From positions 1 through 52,640 of IMG/VR virus record IMGVR_UViG_3300002854_000247: a DNA stretch of 52,640 nucleotides. One strand, written 5' to 3'. Both the position numbers and the translations under genes were made by a program. Origin of the DNA: a virus. Its lineage: Duplodnaviria; Caudoviricetes. Shown piece after piece: positions 8,724 to 18,750 of this stretch. Below the pieces are notes generated by a model. That model saw only the letters and a program-made list of their open reading frames with translations. It did not search any database and was not told where the DNA came from. Position 1 is the first letter of the stretch. Every line of letters starts with the position of its first letter.

Positions 8724-9039
8724 TGTCTGACTCCTCCACGGCCGGCGCATCAGACGGCAGCGCAAGCAGACCGTCCGGCGGATCGATGAGCGGTGCGGGA
8801 TGGGCGACGGAGTGGGACGGGTTGGCGCCATGCGGCAGGATCAGCGTCAAATGTATGGCCCCGCCGATCCTCTCGACCGGCCCGACGATCCATTCGCATG
8901 GCACGCAACCCTCTGGAATGGTCGCCCCGTCCGGCAGACTTGAGAAGTCGAACGCTTCCCCATTGCTGGTAAGAACATCGTCAACCCGGTTGACGATGAG
9001 CGTGTCGTCGCGGCGTTGCGGAGAAAAGGAAATCTGCAT
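8710..9039 (-). CDS. Tail fibre-associated protein
   Basis: MQISFSPQRRDD...NGEAFDFS.LPDGAT, typical downstream of fibres. Confidence 0.75.
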   Translation of the reverse strand: MQISFSPQRRDDTLIVNRVDDVLTSNGEAFDFSSLPDGATIPEGCVPCEWIVGPVERIGGAIHLTLILPHGANPSHSVAHPAPLIDPPDGLLALPSDAPAVEESDNVDA

Positions 9040-10121
9040 CAGAACCACCTACCGATAGCGATCAAAAAGCAGTTGGCTTCATGCGTATTGTGAGAGGACA
9101 ACAAGCGAAACTGGCAGGTACTGCCCGATACGCCGGGGTTTAGATTGCCAATCCAACCAACTCCGCTTCCAGCCATGCGCCGACTGAACCCGGCCCAGTT
9201 GGGTGCCGTGGCGAACGCCGCCGGAAAGTTCCAGGCGACGTTAGCGCCGTTGTCGAATATCTGACCCGCAATGTTTGTTGTCGGCCCGACGTAGATGGCG
9301 GGGCTGGTGCAAATCTGCGCGCCATCGGCAAACCGAGCATAATCCCCGTTGGCATTGCTGCCGCGCTCGATGAGCCCGCCGGTCGGCACCCCGGATGCCT
9401 GACCAACGGTGCCCACGGCATTGGCGCGGGTAATCACGCGCGAACCGTTCACATCAAGCCCATCCGCCGAACTCGCCAGCCATGGAGAGACGGCAAGATT
9501 TGCTGAGCCATTGATGGCGAAGGTTCCGGCAGCACCATAGCCCGCAAACACCGACCCGGTCGTCGTCTTGAACTCGGTCGATGAATTGGTCGGCGCCCCC
9601 GTTCGTTCAAACACCGCCGCGACGGCGGCGGCGCCGACCGAAGAGAGCATAGCGAACTGGGGTTGATCTGTCGTTCCGAGCCCCAGCGTCTTGCGCATTT
9701 CCGCTGCGGTCGGGTCATCGAGAAGGGAGCGCGCCGCCGCCGTGACGGCGGCGAGGTCGATGGTGCCAGACCCGGTGAAATAGGGCATCTTGTCGGGGGC
9801 GCCAACGAGCCCGGCGAACGCATCGAGGTTCCCGCCCGCCAGCTTGGTGAGGAGCTGCTTGAGACCCTGCTGAAATCCGATAGCGTCATCAACGATCCAG
9901 ACTTCATAATACGTGCCGGCAGCGGTCGCGCCGGGCCACGGCCGGGCGAAGGTGAGGTGCGTGTTGTCGGCAACAGCTTCCACGCGGCACGAAACACCCG
10001 CCACCCAGATGATATCGCCGGGCTTTACGTTGCCGCTCCAGAAGGTGCCGGCGCCGACAGCGGCCTTTGACCCGGCCGTGACGCTTATCGTGCCGACGTT
10101 GTAATAGGCGTCGAAGATCAT
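9039..10121 (-). CDS. Tail fibre protein
   Basis: N-terminal GTISVTAGS...G.GT.W anchor; C-terminal ERGSNANGDYARFADG.QIC domain. Confidence 0.85.
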   Translation of the reverse strand: MIFDAYYNVGTISVTAGSKAAVGAGTFWSGNVKPGDIIWVAGVSCRVEAVADNTHLTFARPWPGATAAGTYYEVWIVDDAIGFQQGLKQLLTKLAGGNLDAFAGLVGAPDKMPYFTGSGTIDLAAVTAAARSLLDDPTAAEMRKTLGLGTTDQPQFAMLSSVGAAAVAAVFERTGAPTNSSTEFKTTTGSVFAGYGAAGTFAINGSANLAVSPWLASSADGLDVNGSRVITRANAVGTVGQASGVPTGGLIERGSNANGDYARFADGAQICTSPAIYVGPTTNIAGQIFDNGANVAWNFPAAFATAPNWAGFSRRMAGSGVGWIGNLNPGVSGSTCQFRLLSSHNTHEANCFLIAIGRWF

Positions 10122-10411
10122 TCCGCGCCTCCAGCCGATTGCAATGCGTCAAGCCGGCGCTGAAGATCCCGCACCCGGGCAACCGCCTCTTCCTTCACGG
10201 ACAGCAGCTCCTCCTCCTGCGACGCGACCAGCGCCCGCATGCGTTCCGCCGTTTCCTCCTGGATGGTTTTCAGAAGCTCGTCCTTCGCGGCGATATCCGC
10301 CTGAAGATCCGCAATGGCCTGCCCCTGAATGAGGATGCGCCCGCGCAACCAGGCCTCCAGGGCCTGCGCTTGCGCAACATGGACTTGTGCGGAGATCGAA
10401 ATCTCTTCCAT
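10118..10411 (-). CDS. Small coiled-coil tail-region protein
   Basis: AGGAG SD; ATGA coupling to fibre gene. Confidence 0.75.
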   Translation of the reverse strand: MEEISISAQVHVAQAQALEAWLRGRILIQGQAIADLQADIAAKDELLKTIQEETAERMRALVASQEEELLSVKEEAVARVRDLQRRLDALQSAGGAE

Positions 10412-10420
10412 TGAAAACTC

Positions 10421-11923
10421 CTATGAGGTGGGGATGCCGAGAAGGTGCCAGCGGATGCCCACATACGGCGTCGGATCGTAGACGTACTGCATGACTTCCA
10501 GGCTGTTGTAATAGCGGTCGATGGGCTTGCCCCGGTTGGTGTAGAAGGTCGCCCCGGTGTCGTTGTAGATGCAGTGGGCGCTGTCTCCGGCGTTCTGGTT
10601 CTGCCCCGACACGATTTGGGGAAGGAGACGGCTGACGCGCGGCGCGCGCACTGCTGCGGTATAGCTGTACTGGCTGCCTTCCGAGCCGCCGCCGTGGACC
10701 GTCGTGAACTTCAGAAGGGGGAAAAAGCCGGTTGCGTCGTAGGCGATGGAGCTTGCTGCTCCGTCTCCGGTGGATGTCAGGTTGATATAGCCCGATGCCA
10801 GGATCTGGATGACCGGACGGCGGCTGTCGACAACGATGTCGCTGAAGCGCGGAGGTTCGGCAGAACCGGGGCGGAGCAACTGGACAACGTTTTCGCCGTC
10901 CGCCGTAAACTGGCGCAGTACCTTGTTGGAGCCGGAAGACGGGCCGGTCGTTTCGGCCGCAAATATTATGAAGCGGGCGCGGACGGCGGTTCCGCCGTTA
11001 TAGAAGACGATGCTTGAACCGCTGAAGGCGTATTCGATGCTCTGATTGCCCTCGTTACGGGGCGTGCCCGGATAGGCGATACTTGAACCCGTGTAAAACT
11101 GCACCTCCGCGACGGTGTTGGCCGGTAGCGTGATGCCCGTATCAAACGTCGTTGTCCCGTTGGGAACGGCGATGTCGGACGCCGCAATAACGTTCAACGG
11201 CAGACCGTTCGCGTCGAAGGCGAGTTGGGCGGGTGTTGCCGACGTAACGTCGTATCCCGGCTTGACGACGCGGCATTGCGTTGCCGTGATCTCCACGGTC
11301 TTCTTTCCAGCCGGCGAAGGCGACGATGTCGGGCCGTCGAGCGCGTTGTTATTCCCCGGCAGATTCCAGACGACAATAAAGGCGTCGGTATCATCGGACA
11401 CATCGATGCGGCATCCGGAGGCAAGCGTGAAACGACCGATTGTCGGCCAAACGATGTCGTCGTCGTAGTTCTGGAACCACGTGCCGACGTCCTTGTAGTA
11501 GAAGGATATGTACCCGCCCATGACGCCGAACGAGTTCGAATAGCCCCGGCGTCGCTCGACGTAACTCCCCTGCTTGAACCGTCCATTCGACGCCCTGTAC
11601 TTCACGTCAATCATAGGCATTGTGTATCGAACGGCGGGGAACCGGCTTAACCGAAAATGGTACCGATTGACGCCGGTACCTTCCGCACACCGAATTCTCG
11701 TTGCCGTCGCGGCCGAGCTGCCGGTGGGCTGGAGCGTGTACGAGGTCCCGGTGACGAAGGCCGCCAGTTCTACGTTTGGCTGGGCAACAATGTCCGGCCA
11801 CTTCGAATTAAAGAAAAACCGCTCGCGCAACACGTCGCTGGTGGTTTTGGGATCATAGTTTCCCTTCGTGATCTTGATGCAGCCGACGCCACTGCTGTCG
11901 AGGCCAATAAGGGTCCGCGTCAT
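10421..11923 (-). CDS. Tail tip-associated / putative receptor-binding protein
   Basis: Coupled to J-like gene; beta-rich 500 aa. Confidence 0.7.
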   Translation of the reverse strand: MTRTLIGLDSSGVGCIKITKGNYDPKTTSDVLRERFFFNSKWPDIVAQPNVELAAFVTGTSYTLQPTGSSAATATRIRCAEGTGVNRYHFRLSRFPAVRYTMPMIDVKYRASNGRFKQGSYVERRRGYSNSFGVMGGYISFYYKDVGTWFQNYDDDIVWPTIGRFTLASGCRIDVSDDTDAFIVVWNLPGNNNALDGPTSSPSPAGKKTVEITATQCRVVKPGYDVTSATPAQLAFDANGLPLNVIAASDIAVPNGTTTFDTGITLPANTVAEVQFYTGSSIAYPGTPRNEGNQSIEYAFSGSSIVFYNGGTAVRARFIIFAAETTGPSSGSNKVLRQFTADGENVVQLLRPGSAEPPRFSDIVVDSRRPVIQILASGYINLTSTGDGAASSIAYDATGFFPLLKFTTVHGGGSEGSQYSYTAAVRAPRVSRLLPQIVSGQNQNAGDSAHCIYNDTGATFYTNRGKPIDRYYNSLEVMQYVYDPTPYVGIRWHLLGIPTS

Positions 11924-14835
11924 GACCAGACCTCGAACGTGCCGGCATCGAGGTCGATCTTCATCTTGCCGTTCCCACCTTCGAGCGTGCCGGCAGTGAT
12001 CGCACCGATATGGGCAATGTTCATGCGCACGATGCCGCCCGATACGATGAAGGGATTGACCACCGACGAGCCGTTGACCACCGCGAACTTGGCGGCCTGG
12101 ATGATGCAGCGGCTCGTGCCGTCACTCAGCGCGTCGAGAAACAAGGCGGCGGTGGCCGTCGTGCCACCGTTTGTTGCGGAGACCGAAAGACCGATGCGCG
12201 CAGTTGCCCCGGCCGGCGTCGCTTCCGTCGAAACGCGAAACTTGCCGGAAGCCGAAAACTTGCCGACCGTCGAATCGAGCGCCGTCAGGGCGTCCGAGTT
12301 GGCAGTGATCTTGCCTTCGGCCGTCGTGACGCGGGTGGTCAGGGCGCCGAGAGCCGTGGAGCTTGCTTTCCCGTTAACGACGACGCCGAGATCCGTGAGA
12401 TCCTGCGAGACGCTATCGATCCTGCCTTCGGCCGTGGTGACACGCGTCGTAAGGGCACTGAGCGCCGTGGTGCTGGCCTTGCCGTTGACGACGACGCCGA
12501 GGTTTGTCAGGTCCTGCGATACCGCACTGATGTTCCCCTCGGTCGTGGTGACGCGGGTCGTAAGCGCATTGAGCGCGCTCGTGCTGGCCTTGCCGTCCAC
12601 GACCGCCGAGAGCGCCGTAACACTTTGCGCGACGGCACTGATGTTTCCCTCTGCCGTCGCGACCCGCGTCGTCAGAACGTTCAACGCCTTGGAGGTGGCA
12701 AGCACGCCTCCGGTGGGATTGTTGACCGTTGCCTCCAGCGCCGTGATGCTTTGCGCAAGGGCCGATCCGGGACCGGTCGCCGCCAGCAGCTCGGCCGTGG
12801 CCTTTGCGGATACGCCTTGCGCCGTCGAGGTTACTTCCTGCCGGACCCGCTGGATATCGGTATAGTTCGTCACATCGACATCGATATCCAGCAGCACGTT
12901 CTTGCGAAGCTGAAGAATGAGGTCACGCGTACCGGAGCCCAGCCATTCATGGAACTGGTTAAGGCTCTGTTGTATTTCCTCGATCATACCCGGCAGATAG
13001 ACCGGTATCGTAGTGGCGGCTGTCGTTTTCCACGGCGTCCATGTTTTCAGCCGATCTGGTCGTGTAACGATAGTGGCACGCGCTGAGTAAGAAGAACCCG
13101 GAACGATATTCGTTCCCGTCTCGTCCTCCCCGCTTTCCGGGTCATCGCACCGCCATTTCTGGATTGTCTTGCCAGTCGGGTCAGTGCCATCGAAATACTC
13201 GAAGCGTACCGAAATGATCGACGGATCCTCCGGCGGCGTCCAGGTGAACCGCAGCGTCGGGTATTCCGTACCGTCTGCGCCGGTCAGCGATCCGACCTGG
13301 ACGCCGAAATTCTGGACGGTAGAGAGCAGCGACGGGTTGAGCGGGACCGTCGGCGGGATAACGATCGGGCCGGGCTCGATGTCTTCGTCATCGTAGATAT
13401 CCGCGCCGGTCTCCGAGAGCTTCAGCGTCACACAGAACCGCTCGTCGAGCGACCATTGCGAGATCATCCACGTCTTGCCGCGCCAGGTGACCCATTCGCC
13501 TTCCAGCACCTTCATGCCGACGCGACGGCTGACCGGTAGCGTCGCCGTGCCACCCTTGCGGTTCTGGCGGTAGCGGATGCTCAACAGGTACTGCGCGATG
13601 TCAGCGTCGGTGACCTGCAGGAAGTCGTTGCTGACCTGACGGATGCGACCGTCCTCGGCGACATCGAGGTTGACGTAGATCGGCTTCAGGCTTTCGGGGT
13701 TCCACATCGCTTCGATCGACGTGAACTGGCCCGACATGTGGTTATACCGGTCGAAGGCGGACTTTCGGTACTGCACCTCTTTTGCGCGATCGGATGGAAT
13801 ATCGTCTTCATTGATTTCCATCACCGGGATCTGCGGCGCACCTGCAATGATGCCCGACAAGCCACGCCGGTTCAGGCCGTAGCCAGCCATGGCATCATCG
13901 AACTCGCGCAGGATTTCCGTGTGGTCATCTTCGCCGCCGACGATGAGCGAACACTGATAGGTCCGCTTGTCGTCAGTGCGCAGCGTGTCGCAGACGTTCA
14001 TCGCCACAAAATAGGTGGCAAGGTCGATTTGCCCGATGCTCTTGCCTTCACCGATCAGGGTGCGGCCCGAGATCTGCGCGCGCAGACCGAGTTGATAATT
14101 GAAGCGGTGAACCGCCGGGTTGAGCGTGTGCACCCAGGTCGCGGGATCATCAAGGCGCTGCGGCCCCGATCCTCCCGCGATGGAGGAATCCTTGCGCGGG
14201 TCATATTCACGAAGGCCGCGAAGAACGAATTCAATATCCGGCTTGCCCTTGTCGAACTTGTCGCCGTTGTAAAGCCGCTCGACAATGACATAGGCGATGC
14301 CTGCATTGACGCTCGTGCTCTTCCACGTCTGCCCGAGGTCCGCGGTATCGTCGACAAGCTTCTGATCGACGGGTTGACCAGGGCGGCCGTCGTAGAAGCG
14401 GATCGAGAACAGGTGGTCGCCACCGGCAAGAAAGCCCTCGACGCCATAGTGCGCTACCTCGTTGCCGATGATTTCCCGTTCGACCAGCGTGAACTTCTGA
14501 CCGTAGAAATAGACGTATGGCTCCAGCCCGTCGCACCAGCCATTCGCGAGAAGGAAGACCTCGGCATTGAATTTGTTGCCCTTGCCCCACTTGCCGTAGA
14601 ACGTCCGCTGGCCCTTCGTCTTGGCCGTCCCGAAAATCGTGCTGACCGGGATATCGCCGCCGAACTGAGTTTCTCCCTGGACAGCGGAATAGGCGCGCTT
14701 CTTCGGCCGATTGAGGTATGACAGGCCGATCCTGGCGGCGAACGCAAGGCCCCCGGCAATGACGGACGCCGCCAGCGTGGAGCCAGCAAAAAGCGCGCCG
14801 GAAATGGCCGTGGCGAGGAAGCTGAAAAACGCCAT
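11920..14835 (-). CDS. Central tail fibre / host-specificity (J-like) protein
   Basis: YDPRKD, phage-tail domain, FN3-like region, coiled-coil repeats, C-terminal PF.V.GG.V.MN.A.I motif. Confidence 0.9.
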   Translation of the reverse strand: MAFFSFLATAISGALFAGSTLAASVIAGGLAFAARIGLSYLNRPKKRAYSAVQGETQFGGDIPVSTIFGTAKTKGQRTFYGKWGKGNKFNAEVFLLANGWCDGLEPYVYFYGQKFTLVEREIIGNEVAHYGVEGFLAGGDHLFSIRFYDGRPGQPVDQKLVDDTADLGQTWKSTSVNAGIAYVIVERLYNGDKFDKGKPDIEFVLRGLREYDPRKDSSIAGGSGPQRLDDPATWVHTLNPAVHRFNYQLGLRAQISGRTLIGEGKSIGQIDLATYFVAMNVCDTLRTDDKRTYQCSLIVGGEDDHTEILREFDDAMAGYGLNRRGLSGIIAGAPQIPVMEINEDDIPSDRAKEVQYRKSAFDRYNHMSGQFTSIEAMWNPESLKPIYVNLDVAEDGRIRQVSNDFLQVTDADIAQYLLSIRYRQNRKGGTATLPVSRRVGMKVLEGEWVTWRGKTWMISQWSLDERFCVTLKLSETGADIYDDEDIEPGPIVIPPTVPLNPSLLSTVQNFGVQVGSLTGADGTEYPTLRFTWTPPEDPSIISVRFEYFDGTDPTGKTIQKWRCDDPESGEDETGTNIVPGSSYSARATIVTRPDRLKTWTPWKTTAATTIPVYLPGMIEEIQQSLNQFHEWLGSGTRDLILQLRKNVLLDIDVDVTNYTDIQRVRQEVTSTAQGVSAKATAELLAATGPGSALAQSITALEATVNNPTGGVLATSKALNVLTTRVATAEGNISAVAQSVTALSAVVDGKASTSALNALTTRVTTTEGNISAVSQDLTNLGVVVNGKASTTALSALTTRVTTAEGRIDSVSQDLTDLGVVVNGKASSTALGALTTRVTTAEGKITANSDALTALDSTVGKFSASGKFRVSTEATPAGATARIGLSVSATNGGTTATAALFLDALSDGTSRCIIQAAKFAVVNGSSVVNPFIVSGGIVRMNIAHIGAITAGTLEGGNGKMKIDLDAGTFEVWS
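12285..12692 (-). repeat. ~3.7 tandem 111-bp (37-aa) repeats ALxALTTRVTTAEGxIxxxSxxLTxLxxxVxGKAS
   Basis: GCCTTCGGCCGT at 12313 and 12424 (111 apart); repeat visible in the protein. Confidence 0.85.
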
Positions 14836-14841
14836 GCAGGG

Positions 14842-15255
14842 TTACCCGATGTGAAAGGCTGCGACGACGGTGTCGAGCGGGTAATCCCGCGCGCCGTCAG
14901 GGGTCTTGGTGCGGAAACGCGTGCCCAGGCACACGCCGACATGTTCGGCGCCGTCGGCGAGCCGCAGAATGACGAGATCGCCGAAGCGCGCTTCCGCACC
15001 GCCTCGCGGCGGCCGGTCCAGTTCAGCGGCGAAGAAGGAGACGAGGGAAGCGTGCCCACGGCGACGAAGCGCTCGCTGCGCACCCGCAAGGGTCTTGTAG
15101 CTGCCGGCATATTTCCGGGCGCCCTGAGTACCCTCTAGCGCGTCGACCAGCGCCAGCCCCATGAAGAAGCAATCGGACTGCGCCGGGTTGCCATAGGCAT
15201 ACGGCTTCGCCAGCTCCGCGGTCAGCGTAGCCTCGACTTTTCGGAAACGGTTCAT
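14842..15255 (-). CDS. NlpC/P60-like tail tip protein (DUF6950-like)
   Basis: PYAYG..SDC...GDL...HVGVC motifs; position. Confidence 0.8.
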   Translation of the reverse strand: MNRFRKVEATLTAELAKPYAYGNPAQSDCFFMGLALVDALEGTQGARKYAGSYKTLAGAQRALRRRGHASLVSFFAAELDRPPRGGAEARFGDLVILRLADGAEHVGVCLGTRFRTKTPDGARDYPLDTVVAAFHIG

Positions 15256-15262
15256 GGAAGGA

Positions 15263-15853
15263 TTACCTTCTCACCTGGCCCCATTCCTCGGGGATCGTGG
15301 CGTTGGTGGCGACGTATTCGAGGCCGGTATCGTCCGGGTCGTTATCGAATTTCTGCTCGGCAAGGCTTCGCTTCACACCGGTGGAGCCCCGCGCCGAGCG
15401 GCCGGGTGGCTGGAGGTCGATCGACAGGGTAAGCGATCGTTCGGCGCCAGTGACAGCGCCTTCATTGAAACGCACCTGATCAATCTCGTAGATCGAGGAC
15501 GCAAGGATGCCGACGACCTCATTCGTCTCCGGCACGCCGGCCAGATGAGCGACGATCACGGGCGCGTTCTGGTAGTTGTAGCTCTCGATTTGCGAAACGG
15601 CGTCTTCAGGGTTTTCGACCGGGATATTCGAGAATACGATCGTGCGGGTGGTGACGGCCACGCCTACGGCGCTCGTCATGCTCCCCATTTCGAGGAACCG
15701 GTTCGGCAGATAGACGAGGCCATTGTGCGTGTAGGGACGACCGCCACGGTGATAGCCGACCGACTTGCCGGGTAGGTCGAAGCGGATCAGGTCGAGGCGG
15801 ACCAGCCGGCCGGCGTCAATAAGGGCTTCGACGTCAGGATCGAGCGCGCTCAT
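15263..15853 (-). CDS. Tail hub protein (DUF2163-like)
   Basis: Position after distal tail; C-terminal Q...P.DTGLEYV...WG. Confidence 0.75.
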   Translation of the reverse strand: MSALDPDVEALIDAGRLVRLDLIRFDLPGKSVGYHRGGRPYTHNGLVYLPNRFLEMGSMTSAVGVAVTTRTIVFSNIPVENPEDAVSQIESYNYQNAPVIVAHLAGVPETNEVVGILASSIYEIDQVRFNEGAVTGAERSLTLSIDLQPPGRSARGSTGVKRSLAEQKFDNDPDDTGLEYVATNATIPEEWGQVRR

Positions 15854-16503
15854 GAGAAGAACACCTCGGTAGCGGTGAAGGAAGCCTCACGGTTCCCGAG
15901 CGATTTCGGCGCCGAGACGCTACCAGGGTCGATCATCATGACGGCGGACGGCTTTTCGAGGTGCACCGTCGCCGAAGCCGTAAAGTTCTGGGTGTCCAGC
16001 GGGAACATGATATTGACCGTGGCGATGCCGCCCGAGGTGGCTGTCGCATTTTCTACGATAAGATGGAGCGACCGCACCAGAAGGCTTAGTCGGAACTCGA
16101 TGTAGTCGCCGGCCAAGAACTTGAACGCCGCTGGCAGACCCGCGATGCGGATGTTTCGAGAATTGATGATCTGATCAATCACCGCCTGCCCCGTGAACGC
16201 TCCCCCCGCCGCTTTGGTGCCGGAGAGCGGCGAGCCGGTGTTCATTGCGATCGGGCGGGGGCGCCATGGGTCATAGGCGAGGAACGTCCCGCCGCGGGCA
16301 TCGGCCTTCATCGCGAACGCGTCGAAAAGGCCGGAATGCACCGGTAGGAGCGAGCCCGTCGAATACGACGCCACCCAGTAAGGCGTCATGCTCGCCACCA
16401 TTTCCGTGCGGCGGCCTTCCATCATGCTCACGTCAGCCGGGCTGATTGGGCGAAGACTGACCTGCGCCCATGGAATGGTAGGAAGGAGGATCGGGTTAGC
16501 CAT
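15850..16503 (-). CDS. Distal tail protein
   Basis: Immediately after tape measure; F.AYDP.RPRP, GDYIEF motifs. Confidence 0.75.
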   Translation of the reverse strand: MANPILLPTIPWAQVSLRPISPADVSMMEGRRTEMVASMTPYWVASYSTGSLLPVHSGLFDAFAMKADARGGTFLAYDPWRPRPIAMNTGSPLSGTKAAGGAFTGQAVIDQIINSRNIRIAGLPAAFKFLAGDYIEFRLSLLVRSLHLIVENATATSGGIATVNIMFPLDTQNFTASATVHLEKPSAVMMIDPGSVSAPKSLGNREASFTATEVFFS

Positions 16504-18325
16504 AGGCATTGTCACCGTTCACATAAGCTTCTTGGCGGTTCTTGTTGTTTTGCTTCACGATTTCGACGGTGTTCCTTGATGTGTTCTGCATGATGCGGGA
16601 CTCGACATCGGAAGACATCCTCACCTCGATCACCGTCCGCCCCTCACCCGCTGCGCTCGGTGAACCGGAAGCCTTCGTGTGGTCGATGATAGTCTCGTCG
16701 GGGTGCAGGAGGGCCATGAAACCGCCCTTCCCGTCCATGCCGCCGGAACGCGAGCGCTTGCCAGTGTAGCCGCCGCCATCGAAGGATGTGACGCGCATGC
16801 CGGCCCAAGGATCAGCAGACGCTCCGCCACCGCCGCCAAATAGACTGAAGAGGCCGCTCAGGAAACCGCCGCCGGCCGAGCCGCTGTTCAGGTTCACCAT
16901 GGCGTCAACAAGGTCGTCTTCGATTTTGTCGATGACCTTATCCAGTACGCCCATAGCGACATCGCCGAACTCCTCCCATGTGATCTTTCCGTCGTCGAGC
17001 GCGTTGCGGAGATCGCCGAAGATGCCGTGCAGGACATCCTTCTGGAACTCCATCGCCTCGGAGGCCTGTCGGGTTTCCTCCTCCACGCGGGCCATGGTTT
17101 CGGCTAGAGTCGTCAGTTGCTCGCGCTGCGGGCCGGTGAGGTCGATGCCTCGCTGTTGCGCGTCATTGAGCAGGTCCGTTTGGTACATCAGCCGATTCGC
17201 GGCTTCCTCGGTCAAGCCGAGAGCATCGTGTTCTGCTTGCAGGCTCGCGATGCGCCGCTCCGCAGACTTCACGATATCGTCGTACATGTCCGCTTCGGAT
17301 TTTCCGCCTCGGCGACCACTTCCGCCTTTTCGACCTCTCCTGCCGAATTCACCGGGGAGGCCGTCAAGCTCGATGAGCGGGCGGCGATCTGGTGTTGGGA
17401 TTTCCACGCTTGGATCAGGAAGGTTCGGGTTCTCGTAAGCCAACGGCGCGTTGAGCCCACGGATGCTGGAGAGCGTTTGCGCAACGCTCATCTGCTTGAC
17501 CAGCGTTTCCACATTGCCTGCCGCTGCGAGAGCCGCATTGCCAAAGCTGTAGAGCGAGCTAGTAAAGGCATCAATCGCGGGTATGCCAGACGAATTTGCG
17601 GCCTCTGCCAAGGCTGTCTGGAGATTCCGCAGCTCAACCGTGGGGTCGCTGTTATTTTCTATCGCTTCTTGGAGCGCCTGGAATGCTCTTTCAAGCTCAC
17701 CAATGTTTTCCTGCTCCTCGCCGGCCAACCTCAATTTCGAGGTGAGGTCATCGAACCCGACGATCAGATCAGGGAGCGCTTCTCGTGCTGACCGAAATTG
17801 TTCATCGGCGAACACCTGTTGAGCAGCGGCGTCCTCAGCGGCGGTTTTAGCGCGATCCAAGGTATCAATATAGGCCTGAAGAGCGGGCGCGGCTTCGCCC
17901 CACCGATCGGCTACCTGGCGGATCAGCTCCTCTTGCTCTTTCAATATCTGGTTTGCACCATCTCCATCGTTGAAGGATGCAAAATATGCAAGGACTGCGC
18001 CAGCGGCGGCGCCGGCCGCGATACCAATTGGTCCGAAACCGAGTGCTAGGTCTGGTAACTGAATTGCCAGCGCTTGCAACCAATTGCCCGTTACCGAGGC
18101 TTGTTGCGCCACTTGGCTCAGCTGCATAGCCATCATGCGCGAATTCTGTGTCGCATAGGCGCTCTGCTTCCCGACCTGTTCCGCAGCCTTGCCCACGTCC
18201 CCGAGAGATTTTGCCGTCCTGCGTTCGGTCTTTTCCGCGGCCGTTGCAAGCCTATCCAATGCCTGCTCTCCGGTCACTAGACCACGGCTATCGGCCGCGA
18301 GTACAAGCGTAGCGAAATCGGTCAT
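16496..18325 (-). CDS. Tape measure protein (~609 aa; start MTDFATL)
   Basis: Ala/Gln-rich helical; QLSQVAQQ...ALAIQLPDL; C-terminal FDGGGYTG...GGF.ALLHPDE. Confidence 0.9.
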   Translation of the reverse strand: MTDFATLVLAADSRGLVTGEQALDRLATAAEKTERRTAKSLGDVGKAAEQVGKQSAYATQNSRMMAMQLSQVAQQASVTGNWLQALAIQLPDLALGFGPIGIAAGAAAGAVLAYFASFNDGDGANQILKEQEELIRQVADRWGEAAPALQAYIDTLDRAKTAAEDAAAQQVFADEQFRSAREALPDLIVGFDDLTSKLRLAGEEQENIGELERAFQALQEAIENNSDPTVELRNLQTALAEAANSSGIPAIDAFTSSLYSFGNAALAAAGNVETLVKQMSVAQTLSSIRGLNAPLAYENPNLPDPSVEIPTPDRRPLIELDGLPGEFGRRGRKGGSGRRGGKSEADMYDDIVKSAERRIASLQAEHDALGLTEEAANRLMYQTDLLNDAQQRGIDLTGPQREQLTTLAETMARVEEETRQASEAMEFQKDVLHGIFGDLRNALDDGKITWEEFGDVAMGVLDKVIDKIEDDLVDAMVNLNSGSAGGGFLSGLFSLFGGGGGASADPWAGMRVTSFDGGGYTGKRSRSGGMDGKGGFMALLHPDETIIDHTKASGSPSAAGEGRTVIEVRMSSDVESRIMQNTSRNTVEIVKQNNKNRQEAYVNGDNAYG

Positions 18326-18382
18326 AGCTTTACCTTTGGTGGAATCGCGCAGTATCGTCGCGGCAACTAGGAGGATTACGGC

Positions 18383-18700
18383 ATGGATGGATGGCTCAAG
18401 GGACTGATCGCGATCGCGTGCGTGGTCGTTATCGCCGGCGGTGGATATTTTGCTTACTCGGAGTACCGGAGATCCCAGGAACAAGAAGCAGCCAAGTCGG
18501 CCGCTGATCGTCGAGCCCTTATAGTTGCCTGCAAGCAAATGATAAGGGACCTCTCAAAGAACGAAACGAAAGACTACAAAGGCGGTTACATCGCCACTTG
18601 CATCAACGACGGCTACGTGACCGAACAGGAATTCAAGGACGCTGGCGCTGGTGGCTACCTCGACCCGGTTCGAAGCCTGATCAAACCCGCAGCCCAGTAG
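18383..18700 (+). CDS. Antisense moron: membrane-anchored exported protein with Cys pair
   Basis: AGGAGG SD; N-terminal TM; two C-terminal Cys. Confidence 0.8.
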   Translation: MDGWLKGLIAIACVVVIAGGGYFAYSEYRRSQEQEAAKSAADRRALIVACKQMIRDLSKNETKDYKGGYIATCINDGYVTEQEFKDAGAGGYLDPVRSLIKPAAQ

Positions 18701-18703
18701 AAA

Positions 18704-18723
18704 AGGCGCTCCGAAGAGCGCCT
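18704..18723. terminator. Bidirectional terminator between convergent morons
   Basis: AGGCGCTC-cgaa-GAGCGCCT with A-run on the left. Confidence 0.7.
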
Positions 18724-18750
18724 ATCCGCGACCATCTATTTTTGTCCAAA

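Noticed and set aside
11657-14721. Long + strand ORFs opposite tail genes, and similar shadow ORFs such as 38597-39901 and 49632-50732
   Set aside because: Antisense shadows of GC-rich genes with no SD, promoter or end coupling, unlike the bridge ORFs
9039-14835. Diversity-generating retroelement or fibre inversion system
   Set aside because: No reverse transcriptase, template/variable repeat pair or invertase seen; the only repeats are in-frame coiled-coil units
18326-18538. N-terminal extension of the tape measure ORF as another bridge
   Set aside because: Frame closes at 18554-18556 and does not span the insert; true start is 18325
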